NCBI GenBank assembly: GCA_000004985.1
Contig: GG738881.1
Strand: one strand, 5' to 3'
DNA: 64,000 nucleotides
DNA from: Naegleria gruberi
Taxonomy: Eukaryota
Shown here: one piece after another, positions 47,531 through 59,196 of the stretch
Layout of the letters: every line of letters begins with the position of its first letter
How positions within the stretch are numbered: position 1 is the first letter of the stretch
Notes under the pieces: model-generated
What the model saw: only the letters and a program-made list of their open reading frames with translations
Told to the model about the DNA's origin: nothing
Databases searched by the model: none
Translations under genes and position numbers: made by a program

Positions 47531-49329
47531 TAATTAAAAAAATGTCGGAAGGAAATACTCCACAAACATTGTCATCCAATAATAACATCGTTGAACAGGA
47601 AGTGAATGATTTTATTCAGAGAGGAAATAAATTAGTGTATGAAGGCAATATTACGGAGGCTGTTGAAGTTTTCAGTAAAGCCATTGAAATTGCACCAGAT
47701 AATCCATTTGTTTATGATATGAGAGCTTCGGGTATGTGGATTTATTTATCATGGCAATAATTAATCATCATTAATTAGCCTACATTTTGATGGATGAATA
47801 TGAGAAGGCTGTATTTGATGCTGAGAAATCTATTGAAATTAAACCTTCATGGTCTCAAGGATATTTCAGAAAGGGTTTAGCTTTATCACTTGTTGGAGAT
47901 ATGGAAGCAGCAATTAATACTTTAAATGCTGGTTTGGAAGTCAATCCAAAGCATGCATCCATGATCAAATTGAGACAAGATTTATTGGATTATGTCAGTC
48001 AAAATAATGAGGAAAATGTAAATATTCTTGGAGGTGATGATTTGGAACCATTTACTGATGATGAAAAACTTCCAGTTACAATTTTGAGTGGATTTCTTGG
48101 AAGTGGAAAAACCACTCTTCTCAATCACATTTTACAAAATAAGGAAGGTCTCAAAGTTGCTGTTGTTGTAAATGATATGAGTGAAGTCAATATTGATGCT
48201 GAATTGGTGAATCAATCTAGTGCATTGTCTCGTGTTGATGAAAAGATGGTTGAAATGACCGTAAGTATTTCATTAACTACTACTGTGTTAATTCTTGAAC
48301 CTCCTTCAGAACGGATGTATTTGTTGTACATTGAGAGAGGATTTACTTCAAGAGGTTGGTAAATTGGCCAAGCAAAAGAAGTTTGATTATCTCCTCATTG
48401 AATCAACAGGCATTGCTGAGCCATTGCCAATCGCCCAAACATTCTTCTTCCAAGACCAGAGAGGTAAAATGCTTTCACATTACACAAGATTGGATACTTT
48501 GGTGACTGTTATTGATTGTTTTAATTTTATGAAAGATTACACAAGTGATTCTACATTGGCCACAAGAAACATGGGAATTAACGATAATGATAATAGAAAT
48601 GTTGTGGATCTCCTTTTGGACCAAATCGACTTTGCCAATGTCATTATTTTGAACAAGACTGATTTGATTAGTGAAAAGAAATTAGGAAAACTCGAAGCAA
48701 TTATTAAGAAATTGAATAATGATGCTGTAATTATCAAGTCTGAATATTCAAAGGTTGACCTCAGGTCCATACTTAATACCAAACTCTTTGATTATGAAAA
48801 GGCTCTCAAAACACCAGGATGGATTAAAGAGCTTCAAAAAGAACACACCCCAGAAACTGAAGAGTATGGAATCAGTTCGTTTGTATATAGAAGAAGAAAA
48901 CCATTTGTACCACAAAAGTTATATGATTGCATCCATGATGGAAAACTCAAAGGTATAATTAGGTCAAAAGGATTTTTCTGGCTTGCCAGTGATAATAGCA
49001 CACTTTATGAGTGGGCAACTGCTGGGCAAACATTTTCCTTTGCTCCAAAATCAGTTTGGTTTGCATCCCTACCTGAGGAAAAGAAGCAACAAATTCCAAA
49101 TGAGAAGGTTGAAGAAATTCTTCGGGAAACCAAATATGAAGGAAAATTCGGAGATAGAAGACAGGAAGTTGTGTTTATAGGAAGTAATATGAATAAGGAA
49201 GAATTAATAGACACTTTGGATCAATGTTTACTCACAGATGAAGAGATGACTTTGGAAATGACTGAATGGGAAAGTAACTATGCCAATCCATTCAAAGAGT
49301 TCATGCATCAACACAAACACCAAGACTAA
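47531..49329 (+). CDS. TPR-repeat + CobW/COG0523 family GTPase (putative zinc metallochaperone, ZNG1/CBWD-like) fusion. Three exons.
   Basis: Exon 1 has a TPR ([31 protein letters not shown]). Intron ~47736..47781. Exon 2 has more TPR (..[36 protein letters not shown]..), then the P-loop [20 protein letters not shown] and the switch region [12 protein letters not shown]. Intron ~48262..48306. Exon 3 has the metal-binding [13 protein letters not shown], ..[11 protein letters not shown].., and a C-terminal CobW_C-like region. Stop 49327-29. Confidence 0.8.
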
Positions 49330-49832
49330 CAAGTTCAATAAATGAGCTTATTCACACCTATATAAACAACAGGAGAGAAGACATAAATATTTGGCCCAAA
49401 ATCTCTTTGGGGTTCTAATTGATTATCCGTTCTAACTCACCTAAGCCTTATTATGAAATTTTGTCTTATTGGAGCTTAAACAAAATATGCAAAGCTACAT
49501 AAAAGTTCAACCTACAATTTGGCGGCAAAAGCAAACTTCCACAAGAATATCAGGTAACGGGAGAAATATTCTCTTGTTGAATGCAATAGAAATTTTTCTT
49601 GCATCGAATATTCTCTCCAACTTTTAAATAAAAATATCTCCAATTCATCTCGTACGAGATTCTACCTCCTCACCATCATCTTGCGCTAATTGTTCTGGCC
49701 ACAGATTAAATTCTTCATCATCATCTTGAAATTAAGTGGATATTCTTCCAATCTGATAAATCAAATAACCTTTTACTAACTAACGTTTATTGATCATCAT
49801 CAATTTAGTATATATGGAATTTTTCTTTACCG

Positions 49833-51263
49833 ATGTCTAACCAATTCAAGAAGAATAACAATAATACCAACAACAATTCTGATACAAACCAACCAATCAG
49901 ATTGAGCAATATTTTAGATCTGCGAGGTGTTAACGATACATTGCCAGACAATTACATCCAACCTTCTAACCGAAGTGGAAATCAACAAAATAATAACAAC
50001 AATACACCAATGGTAAGCCTGGATAGCATATTGGGTATACGAAATTCATCAACCCTATCTGATAATCCAAATCTCTATCAAGGTCATATTAACTTCCATC
50101 ACAGTGTACATCATGATGGCCATCATGTAATAGACCATGTTGATCCCGATCTCCACCAACAAGAACAACAAAGATTAAGAATGTTTAACTCTGCTGGAGG
50201 TGGTGGAGCCAGTAATGGATTGCCTTCAATACCAAACCTTCCACAAAATATGAGTTCAATTCTTAACACCAATGAATCGTCCAACAATAATAATAATAAT
50301 AATTCGAACATTAGAAATACCAGTGCAGATCATCCAAATAACTATAATTCATATCAACAATCCTCCAATTCTATGCAAAGTTATACTAATAATAATAATA
50401 ACACTAGCAGTAATAGCTACTTTAACAATAATTCAAATAACTATATGCAACAACAGTCCTATACTAATAATAACAATAATAATAATAACAACAGTAATAA
50501 TAACAACTACTTTGATAACACAAGCCAATATTCCAATAACCAAAACAGTAATAACTATAACAACTTTAACAGCAATGGTTTTAATGCATTTACAAATAAT
50601 AATAATAATGGCAATGGTAACTTTTACGAAAACAATAATAATAATAACAATAACAATAATAACAGAAATAATAACAATGGTGGAGGTCAAGATGACTATT
50701 CTCAAGATGTTATTGTTTTGGTTGTTGAACAACAAAAGAGAATTTATCAATTAGAAGAAGAATTGCAACGAGCTCAGGATTATATTAACAAACTTCAAGA
50801 GTATGTCACTTATCTTGAATCTGAAAAAGAAAAGAATTCCAAGAAACAAAGTAGATACTGGACTCAAGAAGAACACAAGTTATTCTTAGAAGGTATTGAA
50901 AAGTATGGCAAGAAGGATGTTAAAGCTATTGCTAATTTTGTTGGAACCAGAAATGCTACCCAAGTAAGGACACACGCTCAAAAATACTATGCCAAGATTG
51001 ATAGGGAACAAAAGAAACACAGAGAAAAGAAATTGCAAGAAGCAAAGAAAAGAGTTAGTGATAAGCAAGAAAAGAAAAAGTCGAAACGAAAGAAGAAGAA
51101 ATATGATGACGATGAAGATAGTTTATCTAATGCAGATTCCTCAAATCAAGACTTTATGGGCAGTAATTCTTCGAGTTTGAGCGACGTAGAACCAAAAGAT
51201 GATGTAGAACCAATTCTTGACTCGACACCACACCAACAATTGACTGAAACCACCCTTACATAA
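49833..51263 (+). CDS. Myb-like (SHAQKYF-class) DNA-binding protein with a very N/Q-rich N-terminal region.
   Basis: 476-aa ORF. Single Myb/SANT repeat WTQEEHKLFLEGIEKYGKKDVKAIANFVGTRNATQVRTHAQKYYAKI (the SHAQKY[FY] motif). The N-terminal 270 aa are poly-N/poly-Q. Basic K-rich region after the Myb domain. Confidence 0.8.
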   Translation: MSNQFKKNNNNTNNNSDTNQPIRLSNILDLRGVNDTLPDNYIQPSNRSGNQQNNNNNTPMVSLDSILGIRNSSTLSDNPNLYQGHINFHHSVHHDGHHVIDHVDPDLHQQEQQRLRMFNSAGGGGASNGLPSIPNLPQNMSSILNTNESSNNNNNNNSNIRNTSADHPNNYNSYQQSSNSMQSYTNNNNNTSSNSYFNNNSNNYMQQQSYTNNNNNNNNNSNNNNYFDNTSQYSNNQNSNNYNNFNSNGFNAFTNNNNNGNGNFYENNNNNNNNNNNRNNNNGGGQDDYSQDVIVLVVEQQKRIYQLEEELQRAQDYINKLQEYVTYLESEKEKNSKKQSRYWTQEEHKLFLEGIEKYGKKDVKAIANFVGTRNATQVRTHAQKYYAKIDREQKKHREKKLQEAKKRVSDKQEKKKSKRKKKKYDDDEDSLSNADSSNQDFMGSNSSSLSDVEPKDDVEPILDSTPHQQLTETTLT

Positions 51264-51569
51264 TTGACCTTAAATGTTTCCCAAGAATATTTGGAAACAT
51301 TGGCACTGAGCTGTTCTCTTTTGTTTTGTGTGTGAAAATATGTTGCTTTCTTAAACAACAGAAAATAAACAAATCTTGAAAATGTTATTTGCTAATAATT
51401 ATTGGTATTGACTTTTTAATTGGTCACCACTTGAAGATTGTTATCATCATCATAAAATATTTGCAACAACAGGATGGAAAATTTCAGTGATAAGAGAACA
51501 GCCAAGATTCTCTTGTTGTTGGAATTTTATTGTGCTTTAAAAAAAAATTTCTCTCAATAGCAGTGAAAG

Positions 51570-52636
51570 ATGTCGTCTTCACCTTCATCATCGTCATCAA
51601 ATGAAGAGTTTTCATCTTTTAGAAAAGTGCTGATTTCCATAGCTAGTTATAATGTTGAAATTGGTTATAGTATTTGTGGAGGTGTAAGTGGTACTGTGAG
51701 TAGAACAGTGGCTGCTCCATTTGAGAGACTTAAAATTCTCTTCCAAGTACAAGATCTTTCCGTACAAAAGCCAACAGGAAAAGATGTTAAATATAATGGT
51801 ATAATAAGAAGTTTAATTAAAATCGGAAAGGAAGAAGGTATTTCGGGATATTTCAAAGGAAATGGTAGTAATGTTGTTCGTATCGTTCCATACACCGCTG
51901 TGCAATTTGTTTCATATGAAAAGTATAAAGAATGGATGATGAATATGAATCCAGATGGCCGATTAACAACCTGGCAAAGATTAAATTGTGGTGGTTTGGC
52001 TGGTATGACTTCAGTTATCGTCTCCTATCCTTTGGATGTTGTTAGATGTAGATTGAGTGCACAATATGAACCTAAAATTTATCATGGTATTAATCATGCT
52101 CTTAAACTTATTTATCAAACAGAGGGAATTAAAGGATTATATAGAGGAATTGTTCCAACATTGCTAGGTATTGCACCTTATGTTGCTCTCAATTTTACAA
52201 CTTATGAACATTTGAAAGTTAAGAGTCTTGAATATTTAGGATCGGATAATTTAGGAGTTGTTACAAAATTGGTTTTGGGTGCTGTTAGTGGTACTTTTGC
52301 TCAAACTGTCAGTAAGTAATTAATTCAAGTATTATTATTACAATATTATTAATTACAATTTTATTAATTTAATACTTATTAATAATATTAGCCTATCCAT
52401 TTGATGTCGTTAGAAGAAGAATGCAAATGGTTGGTATGAGTGGAGCTGAAGAGCTGCCAAAGACAATGCCTAGTGCATTCCGTCAAGTTTATCAAAAATA
52501 TGGTTTCACTGGATTCTACAAGGGTCTCCTTTCAAATTATATGAAAGTTATACCTGTAGTTTCAATTAACTTTGTTGTTTATGAATATATGAAGATTTTC
52601 CTTGGTTTGGCTAAGAGTGGAAGTGGTGAAGTTTAA
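51570..52636 (+). CDS. Mitochondrial carrier family (SLC25) protein, CoA/ADP-carrier-like (SLC25A42/A16/Leu5-type). Two exons.
   Basis: Three carrier repeats: PFERLKILFQVQ, YPLDVVRCRLS, and (after intron ~52317..52391) YPFDVVRRRMQM. The P-x-[DE]-x-[LIV]-[KR] signatures follow odd-numbered TM helices. Stop 52634-36. Confidence 0.85.
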
Positions 52637-52706
52637 ATGGGAATGATAATAATAGGTGTTTAGTTTGGAGATACGAGTAGTTCTGTAAAAAAAAATTGTA
52701 TTGAAA

Positions 52707-54002
52707 TTATTGTTTCTTCTTCTTTTTCTTTGTAGATTCTTCACTTTTCTCTTTCTTTCTCTTCTTTTTGACAGCGGTAGCTGCTGGTTCTTCAACAACA
52801 GGTACTGGCTCAGTTTCACCATATTCTGGTAGAACTGGTCTGCCATAGAGAGACATGTATTTGTCAAAGAGTGGTTTGAGACCTTCAAATGCTTCATGTA
52901 CTTTTCTGGTTGGCATTAAGGATGCAATTCCAACACCAAGCGTTTCAGCCACAGCATAGTGGTACTCGTAGTCATCATAATCTGAAATTAAAAAGCTTCT
53001 ATTATATGCTTTTCCTCTCTTGAGTTCTCCAACAATAAATGAATCAAATTTGGAGATACTCTCGTCAATTGGGGCCATAATTTCTTCATCCACTGTAAAG
53101 ACAGCCGGCGTGGAAGCTAATCTCATTTCTTCTTGATCTTTTCTTAATTTTTCATTTAGCTGAGCTTCTCTTCTTAGCTTTTCCTTTTCTTCTTTTTGCT
53201 TTTGTTTGATTTTTTGCTGCTCCTCTTCTTCTCTCTTCTTTTTAATTTGTTCAATTTTTTTTAATTGTTCTCTTAGTTCATTTTCTTTCTTTTCCACTTC
53301 AGATGATCGTGAAAAAAGAGCTTCCAAATTTTGTTTTCTCCTCACTTCATAATCGTAATCATAATCTACACTTAATATTGGATGTGTCATTAACTTCTCT
53401 TTTGGAATACCCTTTGCTCTTTGTTTTAATATTGCTCGTGAGATGTCATAATATCTCTTCTTTAAATCTTCCACTGAACGTTTAATTGCAGATTCCTTGC
53501 TTTTCAATTCACTTGAACAAAACCTGTCATGTACAACAATAAAACGTAAATCAAATGTTTTACAAAGTGAAAATAATAAATCAGTTTCTTCTCTTGTCCA
53601 ATCACTTTTTTCATCCATAGGTTCTATTATATTTTTATAATCATCATCCGAATATTGAAAAACTCTAGCCTTTTTGTTTAAAACTTCAAAAGGATAATTC
53701 AACTCCACAGGTTCATCGTCATCATCATCATCAACTCTAACCCAATGATAAAACACAGCCCCATCATCCCTAGCATTATTTATAAAAGGTTTCCATCTCC
53801 ATTTATCTGTTGTTTGTACAATCTTTCTCTTTTGTGTTGATCGGAGTGGTGTTTCCGATATCCTAGTGGCTGTTGTTGGGCTTTTAAATGGTGTTCCTTC
53901 TTTTAAAGTTTTGGCTGTACTCTTTGGTGGAGTTTGAAGAATTTGATCAAGTGCTGATTTTTTGGAGTGTTGAACACCCAACAAATCGGCATAATCACTC
54001 AT
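52707..54002 (-). CDS. DMAP1: DMAP1/SWC4-family protein (SANT domain subunit of NuA4/SWR1-type chromatin complexes).
   Basis: 431-aa ORF collinear with human DMAP1 as recalled: ..KWRWKPFINNARDDGAVFYHWVRVDD.., the SANT-like WTREETDLLFSLCKTFDLRFIVVHDRF..RSVEDLKKRYYDISRAIL, a charged coiled-coil middle, and a K-rich C-terminus. Confidence 0.85.
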   Translation of the reverse strand: MSDYADLLGVQHSKKSALDQILQTPPKSTAKTLKEGTPFKSPTTATRISETPLRSTQKRKIVQTTDKWRWKPFINNARDDGAVFYHWVRVDDDDDDEPVELNYPFEVLNKKARVFQYSDDDYKNIIEPMDEKSDWTREETDLLFSLCKTFDLRFIVVHDRFCSSELKSKESAIKRSVEDLKKRYYDISRAILKQRAKGIPKEKLMTHPILSVDYDYDYEVRRKQNLEALFSRSSEVEKKENELREQLKKIEQIKKKREEEEQQKIKQKQKEEKEKLRREAQLNEKLRKDQEEMRLASTPAVFTVDEEIMAPIDESISKFDSFIVGELKRGKAYNRSFLISDYDDYEYHYAVAETLGVGIASLMPTRKVHEAFEGLKPLFDKYMSLYGRPVLPEYGETEPVPVVEEPAATAVKKKRKKEKSEESTKKKKKKQ

Positions 54003-54270
54003 TTTTTTTTAAATATTTAATAATTTATAATAATAATATTTTTAAATAGTTAAATATTAGTTTGTATATTAATTGAAGCAATAGAAATTGTAATCTTTAG
54101 TTCATTGATAATCTGTGAGAATTTCAATAATAATAATATTAATATTTAAAATTGTTTTTTAATAAAGGTTACAAAAAAAGGAAGGAGAACGGAGTTGGGG
54201 GAAAAAACAGCTGATTGATCATTCTGATCATCAACACACGTGATCACAATAAGTATCATCAGGGATTAAT

Positions 54271-54669
54271 TTACCCAAGAGTATTTTGACCACTGTATGT
54301 TACATAAAGGAAACCATCTTCATCCCTATATCTCTCATAAACATTACTCATTACATCAGTTTGTAATAATAAAACATCACGGCCCACAAAGAAGAAGAGA
54401 GATGTCGTTTCATTCAATGATAATCTATTTCTAACAACCATTACGAATTGACTCACAGTTAAATCAGCAGGTACCAGATACTTATTCTTATCAATGGATG
54501 GCAAATCCTTTTCAACTGATGATTTTTCGCAAATCACAGGAATACGATCACTGTATTTCTCTCTAACCTTCTTTGATTCTTCCATTCTTTCTGAGAGAGT
54601 TTTTTGTTCTTTAAAGATTTTACCAGTCTTGGTGATTGGTTTAACAGAGGGTATTAAATTTGGATCCAT
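54271..54669 (-). CDS. atg8: Autophagy-related ubiquitin-like protein ATG8 (LC3/GABARAP family), ending directly at the conjugation Gly.
   Basis: 132 aa: ..FKEQKTLSERMEESKKVREKYSDRIPVICEKSSVEKDLPSIDKNKYLVPADLTVSQFVMVVRNRLSLNETTSLFFFV..DEDGFLYVTYSGQNTLG*. Near-collinear with yeast/human ATG8 (..KYPDRIPVIVEK..DKKKYLVPADLTVGQF..DEDGFLY.TYSGENTFG). Confidence 0.9.
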   Translation of the reverse strand: MDPNLIPSVKPITKTGKIFKEQKTLSERMEESKKVREKYSDRIPVICEKSSVEKDLPSIDKNKYLVPADLTVSQFVMVVRNRLSLNETTSLFFFVGRDVLLLQTDVMSNVYERYRDEDGFLYVTYSGQNTLG

Positions 54670-54885
54670 TGTTGTTGTAGAGTTATTGTTGTTGTTGGCT
54701 ATTTTTTTGTGTAAATTTGCTCTCTAATTGGAACTATTAATAATTTCGTTAATGTTCTAATTGGAAGTCGTAATGGAACATGATTGGAAATAGACAGGTT
54801 CTTAAGGACGATACATACCATTAACGAATCTTTGGCCGATGTTAGAAGATGTCCTTAATAAAGAGTGAATCAGTGGTTGTTTTAT

Positions 54886-56293
54886 TTACATCATCATTGG
54901 GGATTTGATTTCTTCTGGAGATTCTTGATTGAGAATTTCCTCAATATCAGCAGTTCCAGATTGGTTAAGTTGATTGGCAAGATTATGGTCTAGTTGGATG
55001 GTTGTAGAGATTTTCTCATCGAGGAAGAGAATGGTTTGATTCTCTTGAAGGAAGAGATTGAGAATGATTGGAAGATAGAGTGATATCATTTTGATATGTT
55101 TAGATTCATGATTTTCACTTTCTTGATAGCTGAGGGATTTTGTGAGAATATCAAATTTGAAAATATACTAACCTTAAATTACAAATAAATGTATTTACAG
55201 TATGAACATCGGTGATTTGATTATAAGGTACAAATAATTCAGTCTTATTCTTGTTAGAAGGGTCAATAATAGAGAATCCTGTTTCGTCCAAAATCATATA
55301 CTTTTTGTACCATCTATCATCCTTAATTAAAACTTCCAATGATGAGTGGTCCATATAATTAGGTGTTGAGTCTTTCTTTTCTGTGGTAGTGAACATATTT
55401 ACAAGTGGACCTACACTATAAGAATAGAGTCCAGAGAGATAATAATTGAATGAGGAGCTAGTAGCATTAGAGGCATTATTAGTTGTTGGAATAATAGATT
55501 GTGAGGATGTTTGAGATTGTTGTTGAGCTTCAACCTCTGCAATTGATTTCTTTGAGGTAAAATTTGAAGGTGTCAAACTCTTAATATATGAGAATGGATC
55601 CAATTTTTTACCTCTTGCTGAGTAAATGAGTCGCCCATCAGATTCTGTCTCATCTTCACTGTCCTCTCCATATTGAATTTCCTTCAAGAATCCATTCTCA
55701 TCAACTTTTAATTCAATAGCACGTTCCTTTCTCTTTTTTGAAACGGATCTTGGTTTTGATCCATACATTCTCAATTGATCCAAAACATGATTAATAACCG
55801 AACAAGCATTTGTGATACTCTTCAATCCAATAAAATAGTATGAAGTCAAATTAGTTTGAATCAATAAAACTGATTTAAATAAATAAGTAGTCTTTGATGC
55901 AAGTTGTATATCTTGAAATGGAATAATAATACAATTAGCATGACTTTTCAATTCCTTTTGTTCATTGGGAAGTTGTGTATATACATCTTCCTCTTCAATA
56001 TAACCTCCACCACTATTGCCCATCATCATGGATGAATTAATTCCTGGAACACCACTACCAACAGAAGAAGAATTATCAGCACCTCCCTTACCTCCATATT
56101 CAAATAATACAAATCTCGGAGTGATATACAAAGTACCACCTGATGGAGCCACTGTATAATTCCAATACTGACAAGGAAACTTTTTAATTAATAAAAAGGC
56201 ATGTCTATCATCGGCAATATTCACCACATTATTCATCGTTGCGTGTGTGGATGAGTTTGGAGAACCAACTCGGAACGATGATAAGTGTTGCAT
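54886..56293 (-). CDS. Hypothetical protein, probably two exons (56293..55151 plus ~55090..54886). Possible GRAM/PH-like N-terminal region.
   Basis: 380-aa ORF with N-terminal ..AFLLIKKFPCQYWNYTVAPSGGTLYITPRFVLFE, a G/S/N-rich middle, and a C-terminal ..RWYKKYMILDETGFSIIDPSNKNKTELFVPYNQITDVH. The downstream small ORF is in the same orientation. Confidence 0.35.
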
Positions 56294-56507
56294 TTTTTTA
56301 CTAGTTTTTGAAATTTGAATTAATTGGAGCTATTTTTACAAATTGATGAACGTGATGATTTATCATGTTGTTTTGAGATATTTGACCAATTTAGAGACAT
56401 TTTCAAAACTATTTGGTAATATTTGACCAATCAGATATTTGATTGGATAGCTGTGTGCATTGTAATATTGTTGTAAATTGTATTGTGTAATGGTTGACTA
56501 AAATCTT

Positions 56508-57135
56508 TTACATTAGTTGACAATCCCTTGTCTTTGAGAATAATTCTCTTTGGTGATTGTAATAAACAAGTGTTTTGGCAAAAATCTCTGCCAAGTATTT
56601 TGTGCTTCCCTCTCCAGTCATTGCTGAGCTTTCAACATAGGTACAACAACCTGTTGAACGAGCCATCAATTCTCCTTCACTGAAACTGATTGGTGTTGTA
56701 AAGTGTTGAAACTTTAACTCTTTTAGAACTTTTGAACTATTCCTCAAATCAGCCTGGCATCCTATTAAAATGATTGGACTGTCTGGGTTGTAATGTCTAA
56801 TTTCTGGAATCCATTTGTGTTGAATATTCTCAAAACTTATACTGGAAACAGTACTGAAGCAAGCACAAAATAAATCAGTTTCAGGATAACTAAGCGGTTT
56901 TATCCTCTCATAACTATTCCAGTATAATTAAATAGAGAGCATAACCTTTCAGTACTTACTCTTCTTGACCTTCGGTATCCCACAAATAAAAATTACAAAT
57001 CTCCTTATTATTATAATGGTATGAAACACACGAGGTATTATATGAATGATAGTAGAATTGAGGTGCATAACCGAAACCCAAATAGTGGATTAACCAGGTT
57101 TTTCCAATACGTCCATCTCCAGTAAATATCAGACT
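56508..57135 (-). CDS. Atypical Rho/Rac-family small GTPase with a CAAX box. At least 2 exons here, plus an upstream exon whose splice phase I could not resolve.
   Basis: Exon (57135..~56952) LIFTGDGRIGKTWLIHYLGFGYAPQFYYHSYNTSCVSYHYNNKEICNFYLWDTEGQE|GTAAGT. Exon (~56929..56508) (D)YERIKPLSYPETDLFCACFSTVSSISFENIQHKWIPEIRHYNPDSPIILIGCQADLR...YVESSAMTGEGSTKYLAEIF...KTRDCQLM*. The G-boxes sit in Rho positions, and CQLM is a prenylation CAAX. Confidence 0.7.
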
Positions 57136-57165
57136 GAAATTAAATTCAAAGGAGATTGATGATGG

Positions 57166-57447
57166 TCAACTTACAATCTTTTTATGATTCGACTGTTGTC
57201 CTTCTGTGCAAACTTCCTTTCTCAAATCCACACCTTTCAAAAGTTCCAAATCATTCTCCTCAATCGTTGATTTAATTTCCTCAAAATGCTGATAAAGTTC
57301 CTCCTTAATGGAATGTTTCTTGGCCACTACTTTACTTCGTTCTTTTAAAGTTTCCTCAATTTCATGTTGAACTTTTTCCTTTAATTCCAAGAATGACTTT
57401 CTCTTATCCATTTCCAAAAATACGTACAGATCATACAATTTATTCAT
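57166..57447 (-). CDS. Short coiled-coil ORF immediately upstream of the Rho GTPase. It is either its 5' exon or exons, or a separate small gene.
   Basis: ORF MNKLYDLYVFLEMDKRKSFLELKEKVQHEIEETLKERSKVVAKKHSIKEELYQHFEEIKSTIEENDLELLKG... ends next to a GTAAGT donor (57171) that feeds a tttcag acceptor at 57136. The phase of this splice does not fit the ORF frame directly, so the joining is unresolved. Confidence 0.25.
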   Translation of the reverse strand: MNKLYDLYVFLEMDKRKSFLELKEKVQHEIEETLKERSKVVAKKHSIKEELYQHFEEIKSTIEENDLELLKGVDLRKEVCTEGQQSNHKKIVS

Positions 57448-57638
57448 TCTTTCGAATATTATTTATGAAACTCAAAATTCCTCAATTAAAGAGAAATGGA
57501 GGTGTTTCAAGAAGAAGGAATGGAACTGGTGCATAAAAAGAACCCTAATATTATTTTGTATTGGTTCTGGTTGTATGGTTATCCGTTTAGAATAAACTTA
57601 AAAACAGATTGTGAAAAGTGATTTCGAATAAATAAAAA

Positions 57639-59129
57639 ATGAACAGCATAACCAAGGCAAGACCTTGGAGACTTGCTGCAGCAATTTTAGGTATCATCTT
57701 TGTGGGTGTTTTACTATTCGAAATGATGCAGATTCGTGTAAAACCAACCTCGAAACCACCAACAATAATAGAAGTAGATCCAGTAACTACTACTACTTTG
57801 ACTAAACCTAAACAACCAGAAAAGGAATTTACAATCTGGTCAACAAGTTATCGTATGTATTATTAGTTTCGTCTAGTTTCGAATAATAATAATTTTCGAT
57901 TAGATATTTCACCGATCGAATGCTTGAAACATTTTCTTGAAAACGACTTCCGAAAGAAAACAGGAAGAAAGGTAAAAATCATTAACAAATCACTAAGTGG
58001 TCACTGTCACATCCCAAAGACATGTGCCAAAGATTTAAAAGTTTTGAATAGTGGAAATGGAGGATTTACTCCATGCAGAGAAAAAATTGGTGAAAAATTA
58101 TATGAAGCATACAAACAAGACGATGAATTCGCTTCAGTTGACTTGGTAATGTGTGATCACAATATTGCCATGTGTGAATTATATATGGCATTTGACAAGC
58201 CAATGGTTCTTCAAGCAACAACTCGTTATGAATTGTGGAGACATAGTCCAAGTGAATGGCAAAATTTAAATCAAAATCTTGAAAAAATTGTTGCTAAAAA
58301 GCACAATTCAATTGTGGCAAATAATTTATTCGATGCAAATTATGTTCAATATTTCACAGGACTTAAAATTCCAGTTTTTGATTCATATTGTGCATATACT
58401 GCTGATGAGGGAACTTATAATCCAACTAGAAGTGAATTCTTGATTGGACCATCTAGATCTTCTGCAAGTGGAGCTTTCTTTGAAACAATTAATAGATTAA
58501 TTTCTCAAGATGGAAATAAGATTCAAATTAAGGGAATTCGTCAATTGTACAGCCATTTCAAATATTCTGACTTGGCCGCTCATCCAGCCATTATTATTAT
58601 TCCATATCAAGTATCAGTTATGAGCTTTTTCGAATATTATAGAATGAATATTCCAATGTATGCTCCATCTATTGAATTATTAACTAAATGGCATGTTGAC
58701 ACTCGTATTTTGAGTGAAAGAACATGGGGTTTGGTTGGTTCTGGAGGTAATGTTGGAGCTAAAGGATCTCCTTCAGAAATGAAGAAACACCCAAATGCCA
58801 ATCTTCCAAACTTTGATCCAAACAATGATGTTGATTATACTAGTGTCTTATTTTGGAATCAATACTCTGATTTCTATCAATGGCCTAATATTATTACATT
58901 CAGTTCATGGGAAGATTTATTTGCCAAATTGAAGGGAACTACACTTGACGATTATAAGGAAATCAGCAAAAAGATGGCCATGTATAATGCTGAAGTTAGT
59001 GATTCCCTTGTCAGAAAGTGGCTTGATGTTATTGAAAGAGCTGAAAGTAAGAAGGACAAAAATCAAAAATCAACATTGACTTTTGAACAAGCAATGAAAA
59101 ACCATTGGAATATTGATATGAAATGTTAA
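57639..59129 (+). CDS. Type-II (N-terminal signal-anchor) membrane protein with a ~400-aa lumenal/extracellular domain of unknown family (Golgi glycosyltransferase-like architecture). Two exons.
   Basis: Exon 1 MNSITKARPWRLAAAILGIIFVGVLLFEMM.. (one TM) then a T/P-rich stem, ending ..STSY C|GTATGT. Intron to cgattag at ~57903. Exon 2 continues H-ISPIECLKHFLENDF... with conserved Cys/His/Trp-rich sequence and no internal TM. Stop 59127-29. Confidence 0.55.
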
Positions 59130-59196
59130 TCTAGATTTTAGTATAAATATTTAATATTTAAAATTATTATATCACGATTGTGTGTCTTATGTAAAC

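Noticed and set aside
50123-50754. ORFs 50272..50754 (+), 50433..50750 (-) and 50123..50311 (-) within the Myb gene
   Set aside because: They are other frames of AAT/CAA-rich poly-N/Q coding sequence. The real frame is the 49833..51263 ORF carrying the Myb domain.
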